Translations under genes and position numbers: made by a program | IMG/VR virus record: IMGVR_UViG_2585427736_000016 | Strand: one strand, 5' to 3' | Length of the DNA stretch: 38,179 nt | From: a virus | Lineage: Duplodnaviria > Heunggongvirae > Uroviricota > Caudoviricetes | Notes under the pieces: model-generated | What the model was told of the DNA's origin: nothing | What the model saw: only the letters and a program-made list of their open reading frames with translations | The model's database searches: none | In this document: one piece after another, positions 15,703 through 23,845 of the stretch | How positions within the stretch are numbered: the first letter of the stretch is position 1 | Layout of the letters: each line of letters begins with the position of its first letter

Positions 15703-15740
15703 TTGACTTTTTGAATAAAGTTGGGTAAATTTGACTCAAG
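15703..15740 (+). promoter_or_regulatory. late promoter PR' with Q-utilisation region
   Basis: -35 TTGACT (15703-15708), 17-bp spacer, -10 TAAATT (15726-15731); flanking sequence matches lambda PR' as recalled. Confidence 0.65.
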
Positions 15741-16423
15741 AATGGCAGATTTATATCCGTTCACATTCTTTCAGTTTTTACCCACCTCATCTTTAAGTTC
15801 TAAGCGCACTGACATGCGCATCATAAACTCGAGAGCACATAGGAATAGAGCCTGAGAAATATCGCTTTTGGCGACTTCTCTCGTGGTGATATTTCTATGT
15901 CAGCAGGCTCTAATATCTATGTGGTTCGCCTATGTTAAAACGTGAAGATGCATTGAGACTTTTTAATTACAATCCAGATACTGGAATTCTTACATGGAAG
16001 AATCCACCTCGGTCTTCTAGATTTATTTATGGCGCTGTTGTTGGCTATAAAACAAATGGATATCTGCAGGTAAAACTTTATGGAATGCGGCTATATGTCC
16101 ATAGAATTGCATGGCTGATGGTTTACAATGATTGGCCAACCGATGTGATTGACCATATTAATGGTGATAGGTCTGATAACCGGATAGCCAATCTTCGTGT
16201 TGTTACTAACACTCAAAACTCATGGAACAGCAAGATGAGGAAAAACAATTCATCTGGTGTGAAGGGGGTGACTTTTAATTCTGCTGCAAACAAGTGGGTT
16301 GGAAGAATTAGGGTCAATGGTAAAAGGATTCATGTAGGGTGTTTTGACGATATCGAGGAGGCGAGAAAGGCAATGGAAAATGCCAGGATAAAATATCATG
16401 GTGAATTCTCCAGTATGGGATAG
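15741..16423 (+). mobile_element. about 0.68-kb AT-rich insertion in the PR' leader carrying a freestanding HNH homing-endonuclease gene
   Basis: Relative to recalled lambda, where PR' runs directly into the 6S leader (...TTGACTCAACGATGGGTTAATTCGCTCG...), the window has TTGACTCAAG, about 680 bp of lower-GC DNA, then GATGGGTTAATTCGCTCG. Confidence 0.5.
15932..16423 (+). CDS. HNH homing endonuclease with C-terminal AP2-type DNA-binding domain, 163 aa
   Basis: HNH motif region ...VIDHINGDRSDNRIANLRVVTNTQNSWN...; C-terminal GVKGVTFNSAANKWVGRIRVNGKRIHVGCFDDIEEARKAMENARIKYHGEF is an AP2-like domain; no obvious SD; stop codon lies at the right insertion junction. Confidence 0.8.
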   Translation: MLKREDALRLFNYNPDTGILTWKNPPRSSRFIYGAVVGYKTNGYLQVKLYGMRLYVHRIAWLMVYNDWPTDVIDHINGDRSDNRIANLRVVTNTQNSWNSKMRKNNSSGVKGVTFNSAANKWVGRIRVNGKRIHVGCFDDIEEARKAMENARIKYHGEFSSMG

Positions 16424-16552
16424 ATGGGTTAATTCGCTCGTTGTGGTAGTGAGATGAAAAGAGGCGGCGCTTACTACCGATTCCGCCTAGTTGGTCACTT
16501 CGACGCATCGTCTGGAACTCCAACCACCGCAGGCTGAGAGGTCTGTAGAATG

Positions 16553-16613
16553 CAATCCCGAAACAGTTAGCAGGTAATAGTTAGAGCCTGCATAACGGTT
16601 TCGGGATTTTTTA
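16553..16613 (+). terminator. tR'-type terminator (end of the lambda-like 6S leader)
   Basis: Long hairpin AATCCCGAAAC...GTTTCGGGATT followed by TTTTTT; region 16424-16613 matches the lambda 6S RNA region as recalled. Confidence 0.65.
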
Positions 16614-17012
16614 TATCTGTGTAACAGGTAAGAGCATTCTCCCTTATGGGGCTTGGCTTAAATGCATTGAGTGCTCTTTCCGTTGTGCTGAATTAAGCGA
16701 ACACCGGAAGCAGAACCGGATCACCAAATGCGTACAGGCGTCATCGCCGCCCAGCAACAGCACAACCCAAACTGAGCCGTAGCCACTGGCTATCATGAAC
16801 TCATCAGTGATAGTTACGCTGCGGCCTTCTACACATGATCTTCGTGAAAGCGGGTGGCAGGAGGTCGCGCTAACAACCTCCTGCCGTTTTGCCCGTGCAT
16901 ATCGGTCACGAACAAATCTGATTACTAAACACAGTAGCCTGGATTTGTTCTATCAGTAATCGACCTTATTCCTAATTAAATAGAGCAAATCCCCTCAATG
17001 AAGGGGTAGAGC

Positions 17013-17216
17013 ATGTACCGTATGGACAAAATCAGAGAATGGTTCAGTTACAGCTTCGGAGGACTGACTGCGATGGGTGGCATTCTCTCCCTGAATGACT
17101 GGGCTGTCATCATTGGTATTCTTTGTACTGTCGGCACATTTGGCATCAACTGGTACTACAAGCGCAAAGAGCGCGAGGACAGATTGAATGGCAATGTCAC
17201 CGGCACTACGAAATAG
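17013..17216 (+). CDS. class II holin, dual-start (probable pinholin / antiholin pair), 67 aa
   Basis: Two in-frame starts, MYRMDK (ATG 17013 and ATG 17022); two TM helices; SD AAGGGG lies in hairpin CCCCT-caatga-AGGGG (16991-17006); followed by a SAR endolysin. Confidence 0.75.
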   Translation: MYRMDKIREWFSYSFGGLTAMGGILSLNDWAVIIGILCTVGTFGINWYYKRKEREDRLNGNVTGTTK

Positions 17217-17691
17217 CGTAATAGCGGCGATAAGTGGCGGGGCTATTGCTATAGCATCTGTGTTAATCACTGGCCCGAGTGGTAACGATGGTCTGGAAGG
17301 TGTCAGCTACATACCATATAAAGATATCGTTGGTGTATGGACTGTATGTCACGGACACACCGGAAAAGACATCATGCTCGGTAAAACGTATACCGAAGCA
17401 GAATGCAAAGCCCTCCTGAATAAAGACCTTTCCACGGTCGCCAGACAAATTAACCCGTACATCAAAGTCGATATACCGGAAACAACGCGCGGCGCTCTTT
17501 ATTCGTTCGTCTATAACGTGGGCGCAGGCAATTTCAGAACATCGACGCTTCTTCGCAAAATCAACCAGGGCGATATCAAGGGCGCATGTGACCAGCTACG
17601 TCGCTGGACATACGCTGGCGGTAAGCAATGGAAAGGGCTGATGACTCGCCGTGAGATTGAGCGTGAAGTCTGTTTGTGGGGGCAACAATGA
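17188..17691 (+). CDS. SAR endolysin (T4-lysozyme-type muramidase with N-terminal signal-anchor-release domain), 167 aa
   Basis: Gly/Ala-rich weakly hydrophobic N-terminal segment ([19 protein letters not shown]) then a lysozyme core; resembles the phage 21 endolysin as recalled. Confidence 0.85.
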   Translation: MAMSPALRNSVIAAISGGAIAIASVLITGPSGNDGLEGVSYIPYKDIVGVWTVCHGHTGKDIMLGKTYTEAECKALLNKDLSTVARQINPYIKVDIPETTRGALYSFVYNVGAGNFRTSTLLRKINQGDIKGACDQLRRWTYAGGKQWKGLMTRREIEREVCLWGQQ

Positions 17692-18125
17692 GCAGAGTAA
17701 CCGCGATTATCTCCGCTCTGGTTATCTGCATCATCGTCTGCCTGTCATGGGCTGTTAATCATTACCGTGATAACGCCATCGCCTACAAAGAACAGCGAGA
17801 TAAAGCCACATCCACAATCGCTGATATGCAGAAGCGTCAACGTGACGTAGCAGAACTCGACGCCAGATATACAAAGGAGCTTGCTGATGCTAACGCGACT
17901 ATCGAAAGTCTCCGTGCTGATGTTTCTGCTGGTCGTAAGCGCCTGCAAGTCGCCGCCACCTGTGCAAAGTCAACGACCGGAGCCAGCAGCATGGGCGATG
18001 GAGAAAGCCCAGGACTTACAGCAGATGCTGAACTCAATTATTACCGTCTCCGAAGTGGAATCGACAGGATAACCGCGCAGGTTAACTACCTGCAGGAATA
18101 CATCAGGACGCAATGCCTTCGATGA
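17688..18125 (+). CDS. Rz: Rz i-spanin, 145 aa
   Basis: [31 protein letters not shown]... matches the lambda Rz N-terminus as recalled; ATGA overlap with the endolysin. Confidence 0.85.
   Translation: MSRVTAIISALVICIIVCLSWAVNHYRDNAIAYKEQRDKATSTIADMQKRQRDVAELDARYTKELADANATIESLRADVSAGRKRLQVAATCAKSTTGASSMGDGESPGLTADAELNYYRLRSGIDRITAQVNYLQEYIRTQCLR
17887..18072 (+). CDS. Rz1: Rz1 o-spanin lipoprotein embedded in the +1 frame of Rz, 61 aa
   Basis: Signal peptide with lipobox LVVSAC then proline-rich segment ([16 protein letters not shown]), entirely inside Rz. Confidence 0.7.
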   Translation: MLTRLSKVSVLMFLLVVSACKSPPPVQSQRPEPAAWAMEKAQDLQQMLNSIITVSEVESTG

Positions 18126-18300
18126 TAGCGATAATTTTACTCATCATCCTTCACATCTGGCTCTGTAGACAGGGTGGTGATCACTTCTGGAGTGAATCCA
18201 GATTAAACATCTCATTGCTGATGCTTGATATTGAGCATCTGGCGCGCGGTAAGGGGCTGCGTTGAGATAAGAGCCAGTCATCACAAACACCAGGATTTAG

Positions 18301-18322
18301 CCTCGCATTCGCGGGGTTTTTT
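18301..18322 (+). terminator. candidate rho-independent terminator after the lysis cassette
   Basis: CCUCGC-auuc-GCGGGG (one G-U pair) then TTTTTTATT. Confidence 0.5.
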
Positions 18323-18346
18323 ATTCCCAACTCCATAGGTAATTTT

Positions 18347-18826
18347 ATGACCCAGCATATTGGCGTAAAACTGATTAACGCCTTTCCGATGACGAGACAG
18401 GCATATAACGATTTTCGTGGCTGGCAGCTTCCTGCCGGAGAAAACGGCGAGGACGAAGGCTATCTGGTTGAATATCTGGATGGCGGAAAACCTAACACCG
18501 ATCGCTTTGATGGCTACGTTAGCTGGAGTCCAAAAGAAGTATTCGAAAAGGCTTATCGTCCGGTATCAGGACTAAGTTTCGGCCTTGCCATGGAAGCGTT
18601 AAAACAGGGCAAAAGTTTGCAGCGGGCAGGATGGAATGGGAAAGACCAGTTTGTTTATCTCGTGAAAGGGGAAAAATTAGCGTCTGCGTTGGGTTATGGT
18701 TTTGGCGAATATGTTGGCGAGCCAACTTTCAATGACACGCTTGTATTGAAAAACTCACAGAACCGCCTTGCTACATGGGTTCCATCCATTGGTGACATGA
18801 TGGCTGAAGACTGGCAAATCATTTAA
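18347..18826 (+). CDS. two-domain accessory protein, 159 aa; C-terminal half possibly DUF2829/Tad2-like
   Basis: C-terminal ...AMEALKQGKSLQRAGWNGKDQFVYL...WVPSIGDMMAEDWQII fits my recollection of the DUF2829 signature (A-L-K-x-G-K...R-x-G-W-N-G); N-terminal 70 aa unassigned. Confidence 0.55.
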   Translation: MTQHIGVKLINAFPMTRQAYNDFRGWQLPAGENGEDEGYLVEYLDGGKPNTDRFDGYVSWSPKEVFEKAYRPVSGLSFGLAMEALKQGKSLQRAGWNGKDQFVYLVKGEKLASALGYGFGEYVGEPTFNDTLVLKNSQNRLATWVPSIGDMMAEDWQII

Positions 18827-18836
18827 CCATGTAGGC

Positions 18837-18871
18837 ATTACAAAGCCCATCTACGGGTGGGCTTGATAATG
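18837..18871 (+). repeat. stem-loop repeat unit 1 (ATTACAAAGCC...GGGCTTGATAATG)
   Basis: Begins 11 nt after the stop of the 18347 gene; hairpin AAGCCCA-tctacggg-TGGGCTT then GATAATG; near-copy after the next gene. Confidence 0.5.
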
Positions 18872-19062
18872 AAACCGGAGTTAATTTCTGGTCACTAATT
18901 AACGGCAGTACAGCGAAACAACCCAAGCCAGTAAGTGGGGAAATAACACTGGCAGCCACTGAAAGATGAACCTCCTGCCTTATGGCAAAAAAAAGATTCT
19001 TTGTGGTGGCGGACTGATGGAAAGACATCCTAATCAAGCAACCACTCCACAGGGTCATAATT

Positions 19063-19443
19063 ATGAACGACCAGCAAATCGAAAAAGAAATCGTTGAGAA
19101 AGGCAAAACCGCTCCGAGAATCACTCCGCAGCACATCGAAGACGTGATTAAAAGCGAGCATTACTTTGCTGCTTATGATGGACGTAATGGTGCCATTTCC
19201 AGCAACGAATATTGTGGCAGGGAAAAACCAGAAGAAGGCGATCGTGATTTATCACCATTGAAGTTGCTCACTTTCTGCGTACTGGTGCTGAAGAATGGCT
19301 TCACCGTCACCGGAGAGAGTGCCTGTGCAAGCCCGGAAAACTTTGATGCAGAAATTGGTCGGAAGATTGCCCGGCAAAATGCTGTAAACAAAATCTGGAT
19401 GCTCGAAGGTTACTTGCTGAAGCAGAAGCTAAGCGAACAGTAG
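19063..19443 (+). CDS. Gp49-like / Sf6 gp66-like conserved phage protein, 126 aa
   Basis: Position just upstream of terS and sequence (...HYFAAYDGRNGA...LLTFCVLVLKNGFTVTGESACASPENFDAEIGRKIARQNAVNKIW) fit the Gp49-family protein of P22-like phages as recalled. Confidence 0.55.
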   Translation: MNDQQIEKEIVEKGKTAPRITPQHIEDVIKSEHYFAAYDGRNGAISSNEYCGREKPEEGDRDLSPLKLLTFCVLVLKNGFTVTGESACASPENFDAEIGRKIARQNAVNKIWMLEGYLLKQKLSEQ

Positions 19444-19445
19444 TT

Positions 19446-19485
19446 ATTACAAAAGCCATTCCCTACTGAGTGGCTTTGATAATGG
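19446..19485 (+). repeat. stem-loop repeat unit 2 (ATTACAAAAGCC...TGGCTTTGATAATGG)
   Basis: Begins 3 nt after the stop of the 19063 gene; hairpin AAAGCCA-ttccctactgag-TGGCTTT then GATAATGG; a further hairpin GGGATA-N10-TATCCC at 19501-19522. Confidence 0.5.
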
Positions 19486-19546
19486 CTTATACCCTACACG
19501 GGATAACTTAACTGATATCCCTTTTAACGGATAAACGGAGCCAACA

Positions 19547-19789
19547 ATGGCAGAGATTATTCCCATGACTGAAGAACAGAAATTCCAGTTAGAGATTTAC
19601 AAACTGGTCATGAACCAGAACGCAGCCGCAGAGGAAGCATTTCAATTCATTGGCACTGACGAGCTGAAGCTTGAGCTATTCAAAATTCACTTCCAGTCAG
19701 GTGGCGCTAATTCAGATATCACGACCCGCACAATCGAAGCGGTACGTAAATCGAAGGAAGCGTTAGACCTGTTTACTACCGGAGCATAA
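19547..19789 (+). CDS. hypothetical small protein, 80 aa
   Basis: ORF with AACGGAG upstream; helical, acidic. Confidence 0.5.
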   Translation: MAEIIPMTEEQKFQLEIYKLVMNQNAAAEEAFQFIGTDELKLELFKIHFQSGGANSDITTRTIEAVRKSKEALDLFTTGA

Positions 19790-19791
19790 AC

Positions 19792-19863
19792 ATGGCAACT
19801 CAAGGTTTCGACAACCCATCCAAATTCCGCGATGAATGGGATAAGCAAGCAGAAGGGAAATAA
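19792..19863 (+). CDS. possible 23-aa micro-ORF upstream of terS
   Basis: Hand-translated MATQGFDNPSKFRDEWDKQAEGK; GGAGCA SD; too short to assess. Confidence 0.25.
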   Translation: MATQGFDNPSKFRDEWDKQAEGK

Positions 19864-19868
19864 TCAAT

Positions 19869-20294
19869 ATGGCGACTGAGAAAAAGAAAGGTGGTCGCCC
19901 CTCTGATTATATGCCGGAGGTGGCTAATGACATTTGCGCATTGCTTTCCTCCGGCGAGAGTCTGCGCAAAGTTTGCGAACGCCCAGGAATGCCGAGCAAA
20001 ACATCAGTTTTTCGCTGGCTGGCTGAACATCAGGAGTTTCGTGACCAGTACGCGAAGGCAACAGAGACTCGGGCCGACTCTATTTTCGAAGAGATATTCG
20101 AAATTGCTGACGACGTAATCCCTGATGCCGCCGAGGTGGCAAAGGCAAGACTTCGCGTTGATACCCGCAAATGGGCGCTGGCCCGAATGAATCCCCGTAA
20201 GTATGGCGACAAGGTAACTAATGAGCTTGTCGGCAAAGACGGCGGCGCAATCCAGATTGAAACATCACCGATGAGCACTCTATTCGGAAAATGA
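19869..20294 (+). CDS. terminase small subunit (Sf6 gp1-type), 141 aa
   Basis: MATEKKKGGRPSDYMPEVANDICALLSSGESLRKVCERPGMP...RLRVDTRKWALARMNPRKYGDKVTNELVGKDGGAIQ matches the Sf6-type TerS as recalled. Confidence 0.85.
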   Translation: MATEKKKGGRPSDYMPEVANDICALLSSGESLRKVCERPGMPSKTSVFRWLAEHQEFRDQYAKATETRADSIFEEIFEIADDVIPDAAEVAKARLRVDTRKWALARMNPRKYGDKVTNELVGKDGGAIQIETSPMSTLFGK

Positions 20295-21703
20295 CCTCGA
20301 TTAATCCTATCTTTGAACCGTTCATTGAGGCGCATCGCTACAAAGTCGCCAAAGGCGGTCGAGGTAGCGGTAAGTCATGGGCAATTGCGAGGCTGCTTGT
20401 TGAAGCGGCGCGTCGGCAGCCAGTGCGTATTCTCTGCGCTCGTGAACTGCAAAACAGTATCAGCGATTCGGTAATCCGGTTGCTTGAAGACACCATCGAG
20501 CGTGAAGGGTATTCGGCTGAGTTTGAAATTCAGCGTTCAATGATCCGTCATCTCGGAACGAATGCTGAATTCATGTTCTACGGCATCAAAAACAACCCGA
20601 CGAAGATTAAATCGCTCGAAGGCATTGATATCTGCTGGGTGGAAGAAGCGGAAGCGGTAACGAAGGAATCATGGGACATCCTGATACCAACCATCCGTAA
20701 GCCGTTCTCTGAAATATGGGTGAGCTTTAACCCGAAGAACATACTCGACGATACCTATCAGCGATTCGTTGTAAATCCTCCCGATGATATTTGTCTGCTG
20801 ACGGTGAACTACACCGACAATCCGCATTTTCCTGAAGTTCTCCGTCTGGAGATGGAAGAGTGTAAACGCAGAAATCCGACACTGTATCGTCACATCTGGC
20901 TGGGTGAGCCAGTGAGCGCAAGTGATATGGCAATCATCAAACGTGAATGGCTTGAAGCTGCTACCGATGCGCACAAGAAACTCGGATGGAAAGCGAAAGG
21001 CGCGGTTGTTTCTGCTCATGACCCATCAGATACAGGGCCAGATGCTAAAGGTTATGCATCGCGTCACGGTTCGGTAGTTAAGCGCATTGCCGAAGGTCTG
21101 CTGATGGACATCAACGAGGGTGCTGACTGGGCTACTTCGCTGGTGATTGAAGACGGCGCTGACCACTACCTGTGGGATGGTGATGGTGTTGGTGCAGGTC
21201 TACGCAGACAGACAGCGGAAGCGTTCTCCGGTAAGAAAATCACCGCCACGATGTTCAAGGGCAGCGAATCGCCATTTGATGAAGATGCGCCTTATCAGGC
21301 CGGAGCATGGGCTGATGAAGTCGTACAGGGCGACAACGTTCGCACTATTGGTGATGTGTTCCGCAATAAGCGAGCGCAATTCTATTACGCGCTGGCTGAC
21401 AGGCTTTATCTGACATATCGGGCGGTTGTCCACGGTGAGTATGCAGACCCCGACGACATGCTGAGTTTCGACAAAGAAGCAATAGGCGAGAAGATGCTGG
21501 AGAAGCTGTTTGCAGAACTGACGCAGATTCAGCGCAAATTCAATAATAACGGGAAGCTGGAGCTTATGACTAAGGTCGAAATGAAGCAGAAGCTCGGTAT
21601 TCCATCTCCTAACCTGGCTGATGCGCTGATGATGTGTATGCATTGCCCGGCATTGGTCCGCGAAGAAACAGAAATATACGTTCCCTCATCCTCCGGTTGG
21701 TAA
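20291..21703 (+). CDS. terminase large subunit (ATPase plus RNaseH-like nuclease), 470 aa
   Basis: Walker A VAKGGRGSGKSWAIA, Walker B ICWVEEAE, C-terminal nuclease domain; ATGA overlap with terS. Confidence 0.95.
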   Translation: MTSINPIFEPFIEAHRYKVAKGGRGSGKSWAIARLLVEAARRQPVRILCARELQNSISDSVIRLLEDTIEREGYSAEFEIQRSMIRHLGTNAEFMFYGIKNNPTKIKSLEGIDICWVEEAEAVTKESWDILIPTIRKPFSEIWVSFNPKNILDDTYQRFVVNPPDDICLLTVNYTDNPHFPEVLRLEMEECKRRNPTLYRHIWLGEPVSASDMAIIKREWLEAATDAHKKLGWKAKGAVVSAHDPSDTGPDAKGYASRHGSVVKRIAEGLLMDINEGADWATSLVIEDGADHYLWDGDGVGAGLRRQTAEAFSGKKITATMFKGSESPFDEDAPYQAGAWADEVVQGDNVRTIGDVFRNKRAQFYYALADRLYLTYRAVVHGEYADPDDMLSFDKEAIGEKMLEKLFAELTQIQRKFNNNGKLELMTKVEMKQKLGIPSPNLADALMMCMHCPALVREETEIYVPSSSGW

Positions 21704-21705
21704 AC

Positions 21706-23832
21706 ATGGCAGAGACATTAGAGAAAAAACATGAGCGGATCATGCTCAGGTTTGACCGCGCCTATTCTCCACAGAAGGAAGTGCGCGAAAAGTGCATTGA
21801 AGCTACGAGGTTTGCTCGTGTCCCCGGAGGTCAATGGGAAGGAGCAACGGCGGCTGGAACTAAGCTTGATGAGCAGTTCGAGAAGTATCCTAAGTTTGAA
21901 ATCAATAAGGTAGCAACTGAACTTAACCGCATCATTGCAGAATACCGCAATAACAGAATCACCGTTAAGTTTCGTCCTGGTGACAGAGAGGCAAGCGAAG
22001 AGTTAGCCAATAAATTAAATGGTCTGTTCCGTGCTGACTACGAAGAAACTGATGGCGGTGAGGCTTGCGATAATGCATTTGACGACGCTGCTACTGGTGG
22101 TTTCGGTTGCTTCCGTTTGACGTCGATGCTGGTCAATGAATACGACCCCATGGACGATCGTCAGCGTATTGCTATTGAACCAATATACGACCCGTCGCGC
22201 TCTGTGTGGTTTGACCCTGACGCTAAGAAGTACGACAAATCTGACGCGTTGTGGGCGTTCTGTATGTATTCGTTGTCACCTGAAAAATATGAGGCTGAAT
22301 ACGGAAAGAAACCTCCTACTTCTCTGGATGTAACGTCTATGACCAGTTGGGAATATAACTGGTTTGGTGCAGATGTTATTTACATAGCGAAGTATTACGA
22401 AGTTCGTAAAGAGTCTGTTGACGTCATCAGTTATCGACATCCAATCACTGGAGAGATTGCAACATACGACAGTGATCAGGTTGAAGATATTGAAGATGAA
22501 CTGGCAATAGCTGGATTTCAGGAAGTGGCAAGGCGCTCAGTGAAGCGCCGTCGTGTGTATGTATCCGTAGTGGATGGTGATGGTTTCCTTGAGAAACCTC
22601 GACGTATTCCTGGTGAGCATATCCCCCTCATCCCGGTTTATGGAAAACGCTGGTTCATTGATGACATTGAGCGTGTCGAAGGGCACATTGCAAAAGCAAT
22701 GGATCCACAGCGTTTGTACAACCTTCAGGTTTCAATGCTGGCTGATACTGCAGCGCAAGACCCCGGTCAGATCCCTATAGTTGGCATGGAGCAAATTCGT
22801 GGACTTGAGAAGCACTGGGAGGCTCGCAACAAGAAACGCCCAGCGTTCTTGCCGTTGCGCGAAGTGAGAGATAAATCTGGCAACATTATCGCTGGAGCTA
22901 CCCCGGCAGGATATACACAGCCTGCGGTTATGAATCAGGCATTGGCTGCATTACTACAGCAAACCAGTGCTGATATTCAGGAGGTTACAGGCGGCAGTCA
23001 GGCCATGCAGCAGATGCCAAGTAATATTGCTCAGGAAACGGTTAACAACTTGATGAACAGAGCAGATATGGCTTCGTTTATCTATCTGGACAATATGGCG
23101 AAAAGTCTTAAACGCGCTGGTGAAGTATGGCTGTCAATGGCGCGTGAAGTGTACGGTTCAGAACGTGAAGTGCGCATCGTTAACGAAGATGGAAGTGATG
23201 ATATCGCTGTCCTGAGCGCACAGGTTGTTGACAGGCAAACAGGGGCTGTTGTTGCGTTAAATGACCTTTCTGTCGGTCGATACGATGTGACGGTTGATGT
23301 TGGACCAAGCTACACAGCACGACGTGATGCAACGGTTTCTGTACTGACAAATGTCCTTAGCTCTATGCTTCCAACAGACCCAATGCGCCCGGCAATTCAG
23401 GGTATTATTCTGGACAATATCGATGGCGAAGGCCTTGATGACTTCAAAGAGTACAACCGAAACCAACTGCTGATATCTGGTATTGCAAAACCACGCAATG
23501 AGAAAGAGCAGCAGATTGTTCAACAGGCGCAAATGGCAGCACAAAGCCAGCCAAATCCTGAAATGGTTCTCGCTCAGGCGCAAATGGTAGCAGCGCAGGC
23601 AGAAGCGCAAAAAGCAACTAACGAAACTGCTCAAACTCAAATCAAAGCATTTACTGCCCAGCAGGATGCGATGGAGAGTCAGGCAAACACTGTCTATAAA
23701 CTGGCTCAAGCCAGAAACATCGATGACAAAGCAGTGATGGAGGCAATACGCCTTCTGAAAGATGTCGCCGAGTCACAACAACAGCAACTCCAGTCACCAC
23801 CACAGTCACCGGCAGACTTAATGCCGAGTTAA
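21706..23832 (+). CDS. portal protein, 708 aa
   Basis: Starts 3 nt after the terL stop; length, position and C-terminal Gln/Ala-rich barrel region are typical of P22-like portals; track ORF begins upstream in frame. Confidence 0.9.
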   Translation: MAETLEKKHERIMLRFDRAYSPQKEVREKCIEATRFARVPGGQWEGATAAGTKLDEQFEKYPKFEINKVATELNRIIAEYRNNRITVKFRPGDREASEELANKLNGLFRADYEETDGGEACDNAFDDAATGGFGCFRLTSMLVNEYDPMDDRQRIAIEPIYDPSRSVWFDPDAKKYDKSDALWAFCMYSLSPEKYEAEYGKKPPTSLDVTSMTSWEYNWFGADVIYIAKYYEVRKESVDVISYRHPITGEIATYDSDQVEDIEDELAIAGFQEVARRSVKRRRVYVSVVDGDGFLEKPRRIPGEHIPLIPVYGKRWFIDDIERVEGHIAKAMDPQRLYNLQVSMLADTAAQDPGQIPIVGMEQIRGLEKHWEARNKKRPAFLPLREVRDKSGNIIAGATPAGYTQPAVMNQALAALLQQTSADIQEVTGGSQAMQQMPSNIAQETVNNLMNRADMASFIYLDNMAKSLKRAGEVWLSMAREVYGSEREVRIVNEDGSDDIAVLSAQVVDRQTGAVVALNDLSVGRYDVTVDVGPSYTARRDATVSVLTNVLSSMLPTDPMRPAIQGIILDNIDGEGLDDFKEYNRNQLLISGIAKPRNEKEQQIVQQAQMAAQSQPNPEMVLAQAQMVAAQAEAQKATNETAQTQIKAFTAQQDAMESQANTVYKLAQARNIDDKAVMEAIRLLKDVAESQQQQLQSPPQSPADLMPS

Positions 23833-23845
23833 CCAGGAGTAATCA

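Noticed and set aside
18819-19136. 105-aa minus-strand ORF spanning the 18827-19062 intergenic region and the start of the Gp49-like gene
   Set aside because: Overlaps the start of a plus-strand gene and the stem-loop repeat; hydrophobic low-complexity translation without start signals.
20669-21643. Minus-strand ORFs of 116 and 147 aa within terL
   Set aside because: Antisense to the terminase large subunit.
23257-23709. 150-aa minus-strand ORF within the portal gene
   Set aside because: Antisense to the portal CDS; Cys/Leu-rich chance frame.
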